NCBI RefSeq assembly: GCF_006345805.1
Contig: NW_021832735.1
Span: 1-32,993 of the forward strand
Source of the DNA: Octopus sinensis
Lineage: Eukaryota
DNA length: 32,993 bases
Direction: 5' to 3'
Shown here: positions 1 through 11,199 of the stretch, piece by piece
Numbering within the stretch: position 1 is the stretch's first letter
How the letters are laid out: every line of letters begins with the position of its first letter
Translations under genes and position numbers: made by a program
The notes under the pieces: generated by a model
The model's database searches: none
Told to the model about the DNA's origin: nothing
Seen by the model: the letters and a program-made list of their open reading frames with translations, nothing else

Positions 1-945
1 GAAGAGAAAAAGAGGGAAAGAAAGGAAAGAAGAAGAGAGAGAGAACGAAATAAACTAAGAAAGAAAGAAAGGTGGAAAGTCATAAATAAAGAAAGAAAGA
101 AGCAAAGAAAGAGGGAAAGAACGCAAGACGGAAAGAAAGAAAGAAGAAAGTGAGAAAGTAATAAAAGAAGAAAGAAAGAAAGGGAGAAAGAAAGGAGGAA
201 AGAAAAAAGAAAGAAAGAAAGAAAGAAAAAGAAAGGAAAGGAAGAAAGACAGAATGAAAGAAACAAAGAAGGAAACTAAGAAAGAGAGAAAAAGACAGAA
301 AGAAAGAAAGAAAGAAAGAAATGAGAGAGAGAAATGAAGATGGCAGAGAGGGGGAGAGGGAGAGAGAGAAAGAAAGAGAGAGAGAGAGAGAGAGAGAAAT
401 AGAAGTCAGAAAGGGAGTGAAATATAAGATTTGCATAAAAGGGAAAGTATGAGGCAAGAGTGAAAGTAAAAGAGGAGGAGTGATAGGATATTAAGTAATG
501 CAGTGAAAGAGAGAGAGAGAGAGAGACTGATATATATATGTTTGGTGAGTGAGGGGGAGGATGAGGTGAGCGATATTGCAAGGGAGGCGGAGTGGTTAAA
601 ATAAATAAATAATGAGTTACTGAGAGGAAGGAGAGAAAGAGGGAGAAGTGAGAGATAGAAAAGGTGAAAGAGAGGGAGAGTGAGAACAAGTGAGAGGAAG
701 CATATAATGAGGGGGGAGGGAGGGACAGATAAAAGATAGAGAGAGAGAGAGAGAGAGAGAAATTGATGGCGAACGAATAAATATATTAATAGAGGAAGAG
801 TAAGAGGTAATAAAGAAAGTAAAAGGGGCGGAGTCTTATTGGATTATATAATGAGGTGGGAGTGTTAGAGAGAGAGAAAGGGCGTTGTCTTAAGCGAGGG
901 AGAGTGAGAGGTGAGGAATAATGAAGTGGGAGGAAACAAGACAGA
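1..945. repeat. Purine-rich (GA/GAAA) low-complexity tract; paralogous to 5900-7500
   Basis: (GA)n and (GAAA)n runs. Shares blocks such as agaaatgaagatggcagagaggg, gagagactgatatata and aatagaggaag..taggaggtaataaa with 5900-7500. Confidence 0.9.
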
Positions 946-949
946 CAAA

Positions 950-1083
950 CCAAGGGTAGTAACTCTTCTTGCATCCCTTTTTGCTTTCAACTGTATTACT
1001 TTCCGTTGTGTTAAATAAAATCTGTTTTACTGCGCAGACTCTGAAGATATCCAATTAGAATTCAATGTAAATAAGAGATCGAA
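950..1083 (+). repeat. Conserved ~130-bp element following a purine tract, copy 1 of 3
   Basis: aactcttcttgcatccctttttgctttcaactgtattac...ttaaataaaatctgt...aatgtaaataagagatcgaa aligns by eye with 7510-7625 and 32812-32941. Confidence 0.75.
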
Positions 1084-1510
1084 TAACAGGGACCAACAGA
1101 CAGACATAAAACCCAACACTAATATGAACAACACGTATACCAGAAACAGGAACAATGAATATATCACTAGCGATGATAGTAATAATGGCAATGGTAGGAA
1201 TGAAAGTAATAACAATAATAGTGGTAGTAGTAGTGGTGATGGTAACAGTAGAAGTAGTAATGAGGATAGTAGTGATAATTGTGGTGGTAATAGGAATAAT
1301 AGTAGTAGTAGTAATGGTGATAATAACAATAGGAAGGCTGATGTTGGAAACAGTAACGATAATGAAGATAACCCTAGAAAGACCATTGACATGTATACCC
1401 ATCCCTTTGACACTCAATTCTTCAACGTATGCGACAAAACTTACTGCTTGAACCGGATTTATCCAACAACATTACCCTTCAACAAAAGAGTATACATCCC
1501 AAGACGTACT

Positions 1511-1922
1511 TTAAAGACTCCGCCGGTTACGACGACGAGGGTCCCAGCTGATACGATCAACGGAACAGCTTGCTCGTGAAATTAACGTGCAAATGGCTGA
1601 GCATTCCAGACACGTGTACCCTTAACGTAGTTCTCGGGGATAATCAGCGTGACACAGAGAGTGACAAGGCGACGCGTTGTGTCCTTGAGCAAGACACTTA
1701 TTTCACGTTGCTCCAGTCCACTCAGCTGGCAAAAATGAGTTGTACTTGTATTTCAAAGGGTCACCTTTGAAATACAAGTACAACTCATTTTTGCCAGCTG
1801 AGTGGACTGGAGCAACGTGAAATAAAGTGTCTTGCTCAAGGACACAACGCGTCGCCGGGAATCGAACTCACAACTTACGATCATGAGCCGAATGCCCTAA
1901 CCACTAAGCCACGCGCCCTCAC
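1511..1922 (-). mobile_element. tRNA-derived SINE inserted in the Penelope-like ORF, with 13-bp target-site duplication
   Basis: Minus-strand head ggcgcgtggcttagtggttagg...gagttcgattcc (A/B boxes). TSD cccaagacgtact at 1498-1510 and 1923-1935. Confidence 0.92.
1668..1856. repeat. Near-perfect inverted repeat (92/93-bp arms, 4-nt loop gtca) inside the SINE
   Basis: 1668-1759 is the reverse complement of 1764-1856 apart from one 1-nt indel. Confidence 0.95.
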
Positions 1923-4284
1923 CCCAAGACGTACTAATGACCATATGGAAGCACAGTTCACTATAGCTAGGACCAAACTTAGACAGATTTTAGGATTATA
2001 CATTAAGAGACAGAGACAGAATAAGACAGATGCCCAACAACTCGGGATTAAACCTGCATGTGGCCTACAGAAGCTCATTCAGCACACGAGGAACGGAGAG
2101 GTGATATGCCTTCCCACAGATAAGTCCGGCAGATGTCATAGACAGCTTACCGAACTACATCCAGGCAATGCAACCTCATATCGCCAATACAAAAATAACA
2201 ACTGTACAGGCGCATGAGGAGAGAGAAAAGGTCCTCAATGCCCCATGATGATGTGGACAATTGTTCTGGGACCCCAGAAACGTACTGCAAAGAATTTCCA
2301 AGCCTGGAACAATGATATCTCGGCACTGTATGGACTTCGCAAGGACCATAAAGTTTTTACTGACCCTATAGCAGGACCACCAACAAGACCAGTCTGTGGA
2401 GCGAATATCGCTAGCAACTACAGAATCTCCTACTTCCTCTCAATGATCATACGCCCTATAATCAGGATGTCACCTGATGTGTGTGACAGCACAGAAGATC
2501 TCCTAAGCAGGATCAGTGACTGTAACAAAACTTGTGATTTGACAGGATGTATAGTAGGTAGCATGGATGTGGTATCCCTATACCCATCGATTGACGTAGA
2601 TTTTGCAGTAGAGAAGTGCGTGGAGATGATCAACGAGAGCCAGGTGGAGTTCTGTAATGTCAACACAGAAGACCTGGGCCTCTTACTTAGACTGACATAT
2701 AATAAGGAATACTTAGATAAACATAATCTTAGTAGTTTCTGCCCCAGTAGATGTTTAAGAGGTAGACCGCCTACACTTACTTCTATGGCTAGGAAGACAC
2801 ATGTAGAAAGATGGCGCGGATGGACCAGAGCCATACGGAGCCCCGCAAATGTCCATCAGGTAAAGAAAATGATCGCACATGCACTAGGAGCTAGTATAAG
2901 AGTTACCCTAAAAGGCCACACATTTAAATTTAATAATAAAATATATGCCCAGGACGAGGGGACAGCCATCGGTGTTAGTATCGCTGGTGATGTGGCCAAC
3001 CTTTTCATGGTATGGTGGGACAGAAGGCTTAAAGAACGCCTACTGCAGAAATCCATACTCGTAAACATGTACTCTCGCTATGTTGATGATAGCAACATAG
3101 TGGTAAAGGCACACCCACAAGAGAGTAATGTTGATATAGTAATAGAAACTAATACTATGGAGAACATCCAGCAAATAGCTAACTCCATCCACCAGAGTAT
3201 TAAGGTCACAATAGACTACCCCACTAAACACCCCAACCATAGACTACCAGTACTAGACACTGAACTCTAGCTAGAAATTGTAAATAATAAAACCCAAATC
3301 CTTCATTCATACTATGCAAAACCTATGGCCTCAAAATACCTGATCCACCAGAACTCAGCCATTGCGGGCAATGCCAAATTCAATATTTTGATGGCAGACT
3401 TGTCAGAATAATGAGAAATGTGTCACGCATGTGCGAGCCTACAGAATTAAAGAGACACATACAGTATTTCATTCACCGCATGCAGTTCTCAGGTTACAGC
3501 CATAAAGAAAGGATCAGAGTATACAAAAGAGCATGAAGAAATTTGATAATATATTATGTAATGATAGGAATGGGATTTGCCCACTCTATAGGAACAAGTC
3601 ATGGAACACTATAGAAAGGACAAAAAAAAAAAGAAAATAGGGAAGACCAACTCTTGGTATGATAGCCATAAATACCAGAGTGCCATGTCCGTTGACACCA
3701 CCCCTGGAGGTGAACTGGCGTACCGCTTTAGAAGGACCCTAGATAAACTTAAACTAAGAATTAAGGTTGTTGAAAAGCCAGGCAACCTTATCAAATCTAT
3801 AATTGGTAGAACCTATCCTTTTAGTAGAACCCTCTGTACGGATAACTATTGCACTGTATGTAGATTTAGCCCACAAACAAACTGTAAAGCCAGAAATGTA
3901 GTCTATAGTATAAGATGTATAGAGGGACGATGCAGTAACAAGACAATAACATACGTAGGGGAAACGGCAAGAAGCATAGGAGAGCGGGTGAATGAACATT
4001 GGACACAACTCAAGGAAGGTAAAAGCTCATCGATTCTGTACCAACACGCCGAACAGGAACACGGGGGATCAATCAATAACATAGAGATTAAGATATTGTC
4101 TACACATAGAACAGATGCAACAATTAGACAAATTACAGAAGCTACACATATAATAGAAAATAAACCTAGCCTGAATAGAAAACTAGAATGGAGCAATAGC
4201 ACACACCACAACATATGACGATAGAGGATCCCGAAAACATAGTAAATAAATACACAGATAAATAAACAAATAGAAATGAATAAC

Positions 4285-4323
4285 TATATATATGTATATA
4301 TATCTATGTATGTATATGTATGC

Positions 4324-4365
<42 letters not shown>

Positions 4366-4440
4366 TATATGTATATATATATATAGTATGTATATGTGTA
4401 TATATATGTGTATGTGTATGTGTATATGTATATATATATA
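4285..4440. repeat. (TA)n/(TG) microsatellite
   Basis: Direct reading. Confidence 0.95.
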
Positions 4441-4764
4441 TTTTTTCGATTAGATTTATTATTATTATTACTAATATTGTTGTTATATACATACAAGCAT
4501 ATGTAATGATAATAATGGGTGGATGTAAACACATGAACAAAATAAGAACAAAAGCAACAACAACAAAATCAGAATACAAATTACATGAATGTATATAAAC
4601 AGAAGATACAAATATTACAGGCATTCTCCCCCCCCCCCACACACACTAAATAAACATAGACGCACATAGAGATATAAGCATGCGCAAATGAAGACATACA
4701 ACAGAAATACAAAATGACTGACGGTTAGTAAGGAGAGACACAAATACGAAAGAAGAAAACAAAA

Positions 4765-4808
4765 GACCACTGATGCGGTCACAGGAGTGTGACGAAAGAA
4801 CTCTGGCC
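4765..4808 (+). ncRNA. Variant minimal hammerhead ribozyme in the 3' repeat of the Penelope-like element
   Basis: gacca-CTGATGC-G-GTCACA(ggag)TGTGAC-GAAA-gaac-TC-tggcc: stem I with one mismatch, 6-bp stem II, minimal stem III, A9 replaced by C. Penelope-like elements are known to carry minimal hammerheads in their pseudo-LTRs. Confidence 0.7.
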
Positions 4809-5078
4809 GAAATAAGATTAAGATTAATGTAAAAAATAAATAACACTGAAGCAAAGTAACACCAAATATATATAGTGCGTGTGTTTTTATTGGCTAAACT
4901 GGCAATATGACCATTCCGAAATATAACAATATCTGTTTCAACACACGACTTCACATAAAAAATCTTGCACAACAAATATTTAAACGTACTATTTAGAAAA
5001 CATTATCAATAAATATCGAACACTTCTACACATAACTGATTCGTTTTACTTTTGACATTTAGAATTTCGCCTTTTTAC

Positions 5079-5306
5079 ACTTCCGGTTCTTACTCTTTAA
5101 TTCCCTCTTTTCTGCAATCTGCACAAGACCTCTGGAACTGCTAGATATCACAGCCAAAGCTCACATAAGGAATGGTAAACTATCAAGCTTCATTATTATT
5201 TTATAGACGCTACATCAAATATCCTTTTTTATATGAAACAACATCGCAGATCCGATGTCCCTTGGTTGATGTTTCTCGAAGGATGCGAGACATTATAGAA
5301 GTGAGT
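5079..5306 (+). promoter_or_regulatory. Possible promoter/first exon: ETS motif and splice donor
   Basis: ACTTCCGG at 5079-5086 and donor-like AA|gtgagt at 5301, upstream of a purine tract, the same layout as 31682-31768. Motif evidence only. Confidence 0.3.
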
Positions 5307-5699
5307 TTCTTTTATAAATTCATCGTAACTGCCTTTCATTTATATAAAAAATGAAGGATTAGACTCTGAGAATATGAAGTCCCTTGTTTTGTGTTTGGGG
5401 CTGACTACAAACCCCTCTTAAAGTGCCTTTCAATTTTCTATCAAAAGCAACGCATATCTTCGTGTACTTGGTGGTTATTTCTAGCGTGATGGGAAATTAT
5501 TTATAGGACAATTCTTTTTATAAATGTTTCATAAATTTTCAACCACTGATTGAACTATTTAATTACTTCAATTATGAATTACACATTAATTATGTAATTA
5601 ATCATTAGTTACATGATTTATTTGTTTCTACTCAACAGAAACTAGAGAAAAAAATTAAGGCAAAGTTGAAAATATAATTTATTAGAAAGAAAGTAGCGT

Positions 5700-6199
5700 C
5701 TCAGAAATAAAAAGAAAGGAAGATGGAAAGGGTAAGATATAATGAGGAAGAAAGCGGAAGGGAAAGAAAGAAAGAACGAAAGAAAGAAAGAAGAGAGAGT
5801 GACACATAAGGAAACGACATTATCGTATAATGTGCAAGGAGAGAGAGAGAGAGAGAGACAGAGAGACAGAGACAGAGACAGAGAGAGAAAGGGGTGTGAG
5901 ACATAGAAATGAAGATGGCAGAGAGGGAGGGAGAGAGCGAGAGAGAGAAATAGAAAGGCAGAAAGAGAGAGACAGAAAGAGAAAGAGACAGACAGACAGA
6001 CAGAGAGACAGAAAGCTACGGAACCAACATTAACGTATAATGTGCAAAGAGAGAGAAAGAGAGAGAGAGACAGAAAGAGAGAGAGAGAGAAAGAAAGAAG
6101 AGAGAAGAGAGAGACAGAATGAAAGAGAGAAAGAGAGAGACAGAAAGAGAGACAGAAAGAGAGAGAGAAAGAGAGTGAGAGAAACAGAAAGAGAGAGAA

Positions 6200-6232
<33 letters not shown>

Positions 6233-7500
6233 CTGATATATATTTGAAGCAAGAGGAGAGAATGAAGTAATATAGAAAGGAAAGCGGAGGTGTGTTCAAA
6301 ATGAATATATAATGAGAGGCTGCGGGAAAGGAGACAAAGAGGGAGAAGATGATTGACGTGTTTTGGTAGACGAGAGAGAAAGGGGGGAGAGAGTAAGAGA
6401 GAGAAAGAGGGAGTGATGGAGTGATATAGAAAAATATATAGAGTAAGGGAGGGTGAGAGAGAGAAAGGGAGGGAGAGAGAATGAGAGCATGAGGTAAGAG
6501 AGAGAGTGAAGAGTGATGGAGTGATATAGAGCAATATATAGAGTAAGGGAGGGGGAGAGAGAAATGAGGAATGAGAGAGAGAGGATGAGGGAGAGAGAAA
6601 GAGAGCATGAGGTAAGAGAGAGAAAGAAAATGAGGGAGTGATATAGAAAGATATATAGAGTAAGGGAGGAGGAGAGAGAGAAAGGAGGACTGAGAGAGAG
6701 AGGAAGGGAGGGAGAGAGAAAGAGAGCATGAGGTAAGAGAGAGAAAGAAGAGTGACGGAGTGATATAGAAAGATATATAGAGTAAGGGAGGAGGAGAGAG
6801 AGAGAAAGGACGACTGAGAGAGAGAGAGAGGAAAGGAGGGAGAGAGAAAGAGAGGATGAGGTAAGAGAGAGAAAGAAGAGTGACGGAGTGATATAGAAAG
6901 ATATATAGAGTAAGGGAGGGGGAGAGAGAGAGAAAGGACGACTGAGAGAGAGAGAGGAAGGAGGGAGAGAGAAAGAGAGCATGAGGTAAGAGAGAGAAAG
7001 AAGAGTGACAGAGTGATATAGAAAGATATATAGATTAAGGGAGGAGGAGAGAGAGAAAGGACGACTGAGAGAGAGAGGAAGGGAGGGAGAGAGAAGAGAG
7101 CATGAAGAAAGAGAGCATGAAGAAAGAGAGCATGAAGAAAGAGAGCATGAAGAAAGAGAGAGAAAGAAGAGTGACGGAGTGATATAGAAAGATATATAGA
7201 GTAAGGGAGGGGGAGAGAGAGAGAAAGGACGACTGAGAGAGAGAGAGGGGGGATTGAAACAAAATGCTATGTGTCTAGCAAGGTAGAAAACGGGGGGCGG
7301 GGTTAAGACAGAAAACAAGAGAGTGGGAGGATTCTGTAATAAATAATGAGATGAGAGAATAGAAAGAGACAGAGAGACAGAGAAAGAGGGAGCGAGAGAG
7401 AGAGAGAGAGGACGATGAATATATTTGCAAATAGAGGAAGGGTAGGAGGTAATAAATGAAATGGGTGGAGTCATGGTGAATTATATAATAAGATGGGAGG
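5700..7500. repeat. Purine-rich low-complexity tract
   Basis: (GA)n, (GACA)n, (GAAA)n; includes the minisatellite below. Confidence 0.9.
6410..7250. repeat. Minisatellite, 7 copies of a ~100-165-bp unit
   Basis: Core gagtgatatagaaagatatatagagtaaggga recurs at ~6419, 6519, 6636, 6758, 6886, 7011, 7177. A 15-bp subrepeat gagagcatgaagaaa occurs four times at ~7095-7155. Confidence 0.9.
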
Positions 7501-7509
7501 AGCGAACGG

Positions 7510-7625
7510 TAAGGATAATAACTCTTATTACATCCCTTTTTGCATGAAACTGTATCAGGTTCTGTTTTGTTAGATAAAATCTGTGAAGATTTCCAAATCT
7601 GTTTTAATGTAAATAATTCATTGAA
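7510..7625 (+). repeat. Conserved element following a purine tract, copy 2 of 3
   Basis: aactcttattacatccctttttgcatgaaactgtatca...tagataaaatctgt...aatgtaaataa. Confidence 0.7.
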
Positions 7626-7831
7626 GTCTTTCGAAATTGGCGAATATGTTTAGGGAAGAAGAAAGGAGTGTTTCATTGAGACCTTACGTTTTTTTAAGGG
7701 CTTCAGTCATTGCACAGCGGCCAGGCTGGAGTAAACTTATCAGGAATTTCAATTGAAGGGAGTACTCCAGCATGTGCGTGTGTGTGCGTGCGTGCATAAT
7801 ACTTCTGTCGGTAACTTTTGCCAAACGACTA

Positions 7832-7980
7832 AGTTACTCTGTCTTTATTACCCACAAGGGGCTAAACATAGAGGGGACAAACAAGGACAGACAAACGGAT
7901 TAAGTCGATTACATCGACCTCAGTGCGTAACTGGTACTTAATTTATCGACCCCGAAAGGATGAAAGGCAAAGTCGACCGC
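7832..7980 (-). mobile_element. 5'-truncated SINE, same family as 20401-20616
   Basis: Reverse complement of gtcgactttgcctttcatcctttcggggtcgataaa..agtaccagtt, shared with the 20401 copy. Confidence 0.85.
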
Positions 7981-8189
7981 AGGGACGTAAACAACCAAAC
8001 ACTGGTCGTGAAGCCATGGGGTTTAATAAAATGTAAACACACACACGCGCGGACACACATACATAGTGTAAGTCTGTAATTAATCATTAATTAAATAATT
8101 AAATACATCGATCCGGTGTAATAATGAAAGTTTCAGAATTCCTCGTGTCTAATGCTTAGGGATGTGAACAACATAAACCATCGAGAAAA

Positions 8190-9395
8190 GCAATGGCCTT
8201 CGTTTACATACTGGAGGATTTTAAAAATATGACGAAGAGTTGGTTTAACAATTTCCAAATGCTATTCGTTACACACATTATACAGAGAGTAGGATTGGCG
8301 TGAAACTGGAGTAGGATGCAAAATGTCAGTCTTTGTTAATGAGATGTTACTCAGATCAGCAGACTGCTCAGCAGATATGTCTGAAGAAACATCATCGATG
8401 ACATACAAATAAGGGAAAGAGATCAAAAGAATATGCTAATAGTTTTGGACAACCGGAATGGACTAACTCCTTGGTCGAGAATAAGGCTTAATGCAAACAA
8501 ATAATACGGTTTTTTAATTGACAAAGGTCAGCAGAAACAAGTGATATACAACGTATCAGGAGAAACCATGACATATTTTAATGACAAATTTGTAAGTATT
8601 TCGTATGCTGGTAGGCTTCCACATTGTCTAGTAAGAGTAGAGATATTGAGATCATGGTAAAAATCGATGATGGTTTATAAGCAATAGATTTGTGAAATCC
8701 TCAAAGTAAATATAGTATATGATGTTTCTAGCATGGCTTGCGTATGTATTTTTGAGAATCAGTTCTATTATGTACCATTTCGGATGCATTTTATGCAATG
8801 ATGTGTAGATAAACGGCGGTGTAGTTTTGGGGGTACCTGATACCAATTTCGCCAACTTAGTAGAATAAATTATTACTCATCTGGAAAGAAAGCTGTTTCC
8901 GTAAGGAGGTTTCACACATCTTCTGTATCAGAAGCCATTCAGAACGTTGGTGAGTGCGGTTAAACTTAAAGATTACCAGCAGCAATGTTTCACACAGAGA
9001 GTAGGTGCTAGTTGTCTAAAATGAAGTGGTGTGAAATGTATTTGAAGATATTTGATGATTAACCTTGTTGACACTGGAAGTGAGCAGAATATTATAAGAA
9101 TGTTTGATTAGTGAGTTCTACTGTAGATGTGAAAACGCCATGTCATAGATGCGTCACAAATACGTACGTTGATGTGGGCAGTTAAAATCAAAGATTACCA
9201 GAATCAATGTTTCACAGAGAGAGCAAGTACTTTCTGTCTAACGGTAAGTGGTGTGACCAGTTTTTGTAGATAGATATATGGTTATCAACTTGCTTGTCAT
9301 TGGAGTTGAGCAGAAAATGAGAAGTTTGGTTCGTGAGGTTTACTACGGTAGAGGTGAAAACGCTATGTCATAGATGTGACAGAAATACCACGTTG
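8190..9395 (+). mobile_element. Highly decayed non-LTR retrotransposon RT fragment (Hero-like), with an internal ~220-bp tandem duplication
   Basis: gagatgttactcagatcagcag, cagcagaaacaagtga and agattaccagcagcaa are shared with the 11200, 13757 and 16370 copies. 8968-9170 is repeated at 9190-9395. Confidence 0.65.
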
Positions 9396-9399
9396 ACCA

Positions 9400-9871
9400 T
9401 GATCGACTGACTGAGTGTATTGAGGAAACCAGAGATCACTGTGCACCCTCCATTACTGTCTTCATCTTGACCTTCTCACCTACGTAGTATGTCGTATTTC
9501 GTCAAACACTCACTTTTGGATTCGCTCTCAGTGACCTCCTCTGCTCGTGTATATAACTCTCAACAACTGTGCATCTCTAAATAATTTCAGTGAGCTGGTT
9601 ACCTGTCCGACCTGAATTTTGCCATAAGTTTTTAGTGATGATGTCTCTCACACCTGATTTCTCTATGATCGCCTCACTCATGATGTGCAAATTTAGCAAC
9701 ATTCCATAACCTCGATTTTTCGATTGTGATTTGGGCCATTATCAGACTCACTTCCTCCCTCTTCGTTGTGTACCAGCTTTCACACCTGTTGTAAATTGCA
9801 GGTAAATAGGTGTCGTTGAAGAGGTTTATGCGATTGATCCAATCCAGCTTCGTTTTGAGACCAACTTTCAT
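9400..9871 (-). mobile_element. Decayed RTE-clade LINE 3' fragment
   Basis: Minus-strand translation NLFNDTYLPAIYNRCESWYTTKREE resembles the RTE thumb-region motif LF...VLP.MLYGCETW. Confidence 0.7.
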
Positions 9872-10329
9872 ATATCAACGCAATGTATTGTGACATCCAA
9901 CATAATTTAACAATATTGCAATTACTTCACGTAATTATCTCTTTATAGCACTGTTTTTCAGTAGTTGAGTTATCCTCTCTTTATACCTGTGCCTTAAACT
10001 CCCTGAAAATCAGAAAAATACGGAAGGAAAGAGAAAACTAAAAGCAAAATATTATCATGAAGAGACAATGAAATTAAATAATTACAATATTGTTAAATTA
10101 TATTTGATGTCTGAATACAGAGAGTATAGATAGGATATTAGTTAATATTTTGGTTGATCTTAATATAGAGTTTTGTTTTACTGAAACTGTAAAACGTGCT
10201 GACCAAAATCATAGTGGTCAGCCGTTGACCATTGAAAATAAAGATATCTTACGGTAATGGAATATTTTTGATTAATAGATATAATCATATTATAGTGTAA
10301 AATGTAAAACTTGATTATATATTTTTCCG

Positions 10330-10392
10330 ACACATAGTCGCAAACAATACTGTCTCCAAACTTTCCTATGCTTGAAACAGAATCATTTGATC
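10330..10392 (+). pseudogene. Probable dead copy of the mini-exon (63 nt)
   Basis: Flanks align with those of exon 19825-19875. Acceptor position reads ttttccg and donor position reads atgaatataaa. Phase-1 frame gives T*SQTILSPNFPMLETESFD. Confidence 0.5.
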
Positions 10393-10509
10393 ATGAATAT
10401 AAAATATCATTACCTTATCGATTACTGTAAATTTAACTTTACTAAATGTTTGACAACATCTTCCAATCCACATTTTGCATTTGAAAAGTTTGATGCATAA
10501 TAATTCTAT

Positions 10510-10610
10510 TAAATATTTGTTGTGCAAGATTTTTTTATGTGAAGTCGTGTGTTGAAACATATATTATTATATTTAGGAATGGTCATATTGCCAGTTTAGC
10601 CAATAAAACA
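10510..10610 (-). repeat. Inverted ~100-bp copy of 4880-4982 (likely 3' end of the Penelope-like terminal repeat)
   Basis: aaatatttgttgtgcaagatttttttatgtgaagtcgtgtgttgaaaca...ggaatggtcatattgccagtttagccaataaaa is the reverse complement of 4883-4982. Confidence 0.85.
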
Positions 10611-11199
10611 TATCGATATTATTGTAATTTCACAAAATATCCGATGTGGTGAGCATTGTTTGTAAAATGGATAACTTCGAAGACAATAGATTTAATATTT
10701 CACTTTGGAAGAGAAAACTAACATTCGTAGTTGTTTAGCGATAAACAGTCGTGTTAATGACATTTCTGTTTGTTTTACTTTTTATACTATGTCTGCTGAT
10801 AGATTAATGTTGTTATTTTGGCTGATATTTCTAAAAAAGTACTTGGAAATGTATTTCAAGTATAAGCAGTCTGTTTTATTTCACAGATACTTCATTACAT
10901 ACGCTACACATTGCCCTTATCCAACTTACTTCTGTGATAGTTGTTGTCTATATTTCTTACTTCGAAACAGATACTGGTTGCAAGATACTATACAATAATT
11001 GACAATCTCTTTATCCTATATCGTCTGATTTCCATGCTCCCACCTCTTGAACGGATAGCAGACACATCTCAGCTAACCATTCTAGGCTTTATATGAGGGT
11101 ATAATTTCCTAAAACAAACCACTTGATAAAGTGTCCTAGGTGCATTTTATTGTGGTAGAAGCAAAAGAAACATTGATGTCTTTCTAATAAAACCTCTAA

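Larger units (their letters stand above)
1124..4218 (+). pseudogene. Disrupted Penelope-like RT/GIY-YIG ORF
   Basis: Removing the SINE restores ...YIPRRT|NDHMEAQF... Lesions: frameshift ~2136, TAG at 3268-3270, frameshifts ~3403, ~3533 and in the poly-A at ~3625. N-terminus is N/S/G low complexity. Confidence 0.88.
1086..4985 (+). mobile_element. Penelope-like retroelement (RT + C-terminal GIY-YIG endonuclease), near full length, disrupted
   Basis: RT motifs TDKSGR, YGLRKDHK, RPV, SMDVVSLYPSID, QDEGTAIG, YSRYVDD. Cys linker CTDNYCTVC..C. GIY-YIG as NVVYSIRC...YVGETARSIGERVNEH. Hammerhead-like motif downstream. Boundaries approximate. Confidence 0.93.

Noticed and set aside
80-689. Minus-strand Ser/Leu/Phe-rich ORFs that look membrane-like
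   Set aside because: Translations of (TC)n/(TTTC)n tracts, which lack stops by composition.
5172-5300. MRDIIE|gt as the first coding exon of the propeller gene
   Set aside because: It ends in phase 0, incompatible with phase-1 exon A, and no bridging exon was found.
6410-7250. Repeat-spacer pattern superficially like CRISPR
   Set aside because: Eukaryotic context, spacers are not unique, and there are no cas genes.
5701-7474. Long ORFs up to 392 aa and ER-rich plus-strand ORFs
   Set aside because: Microsatellite and minisatellite artefacts.
8932-8956. GTTG|gtgagt donor resembling the mini-exon donors
   Set aside because: Lies inside the Hero-like fragment, its tandem copy reads gttgatgtggg, and there is no QT motif or matching flank.
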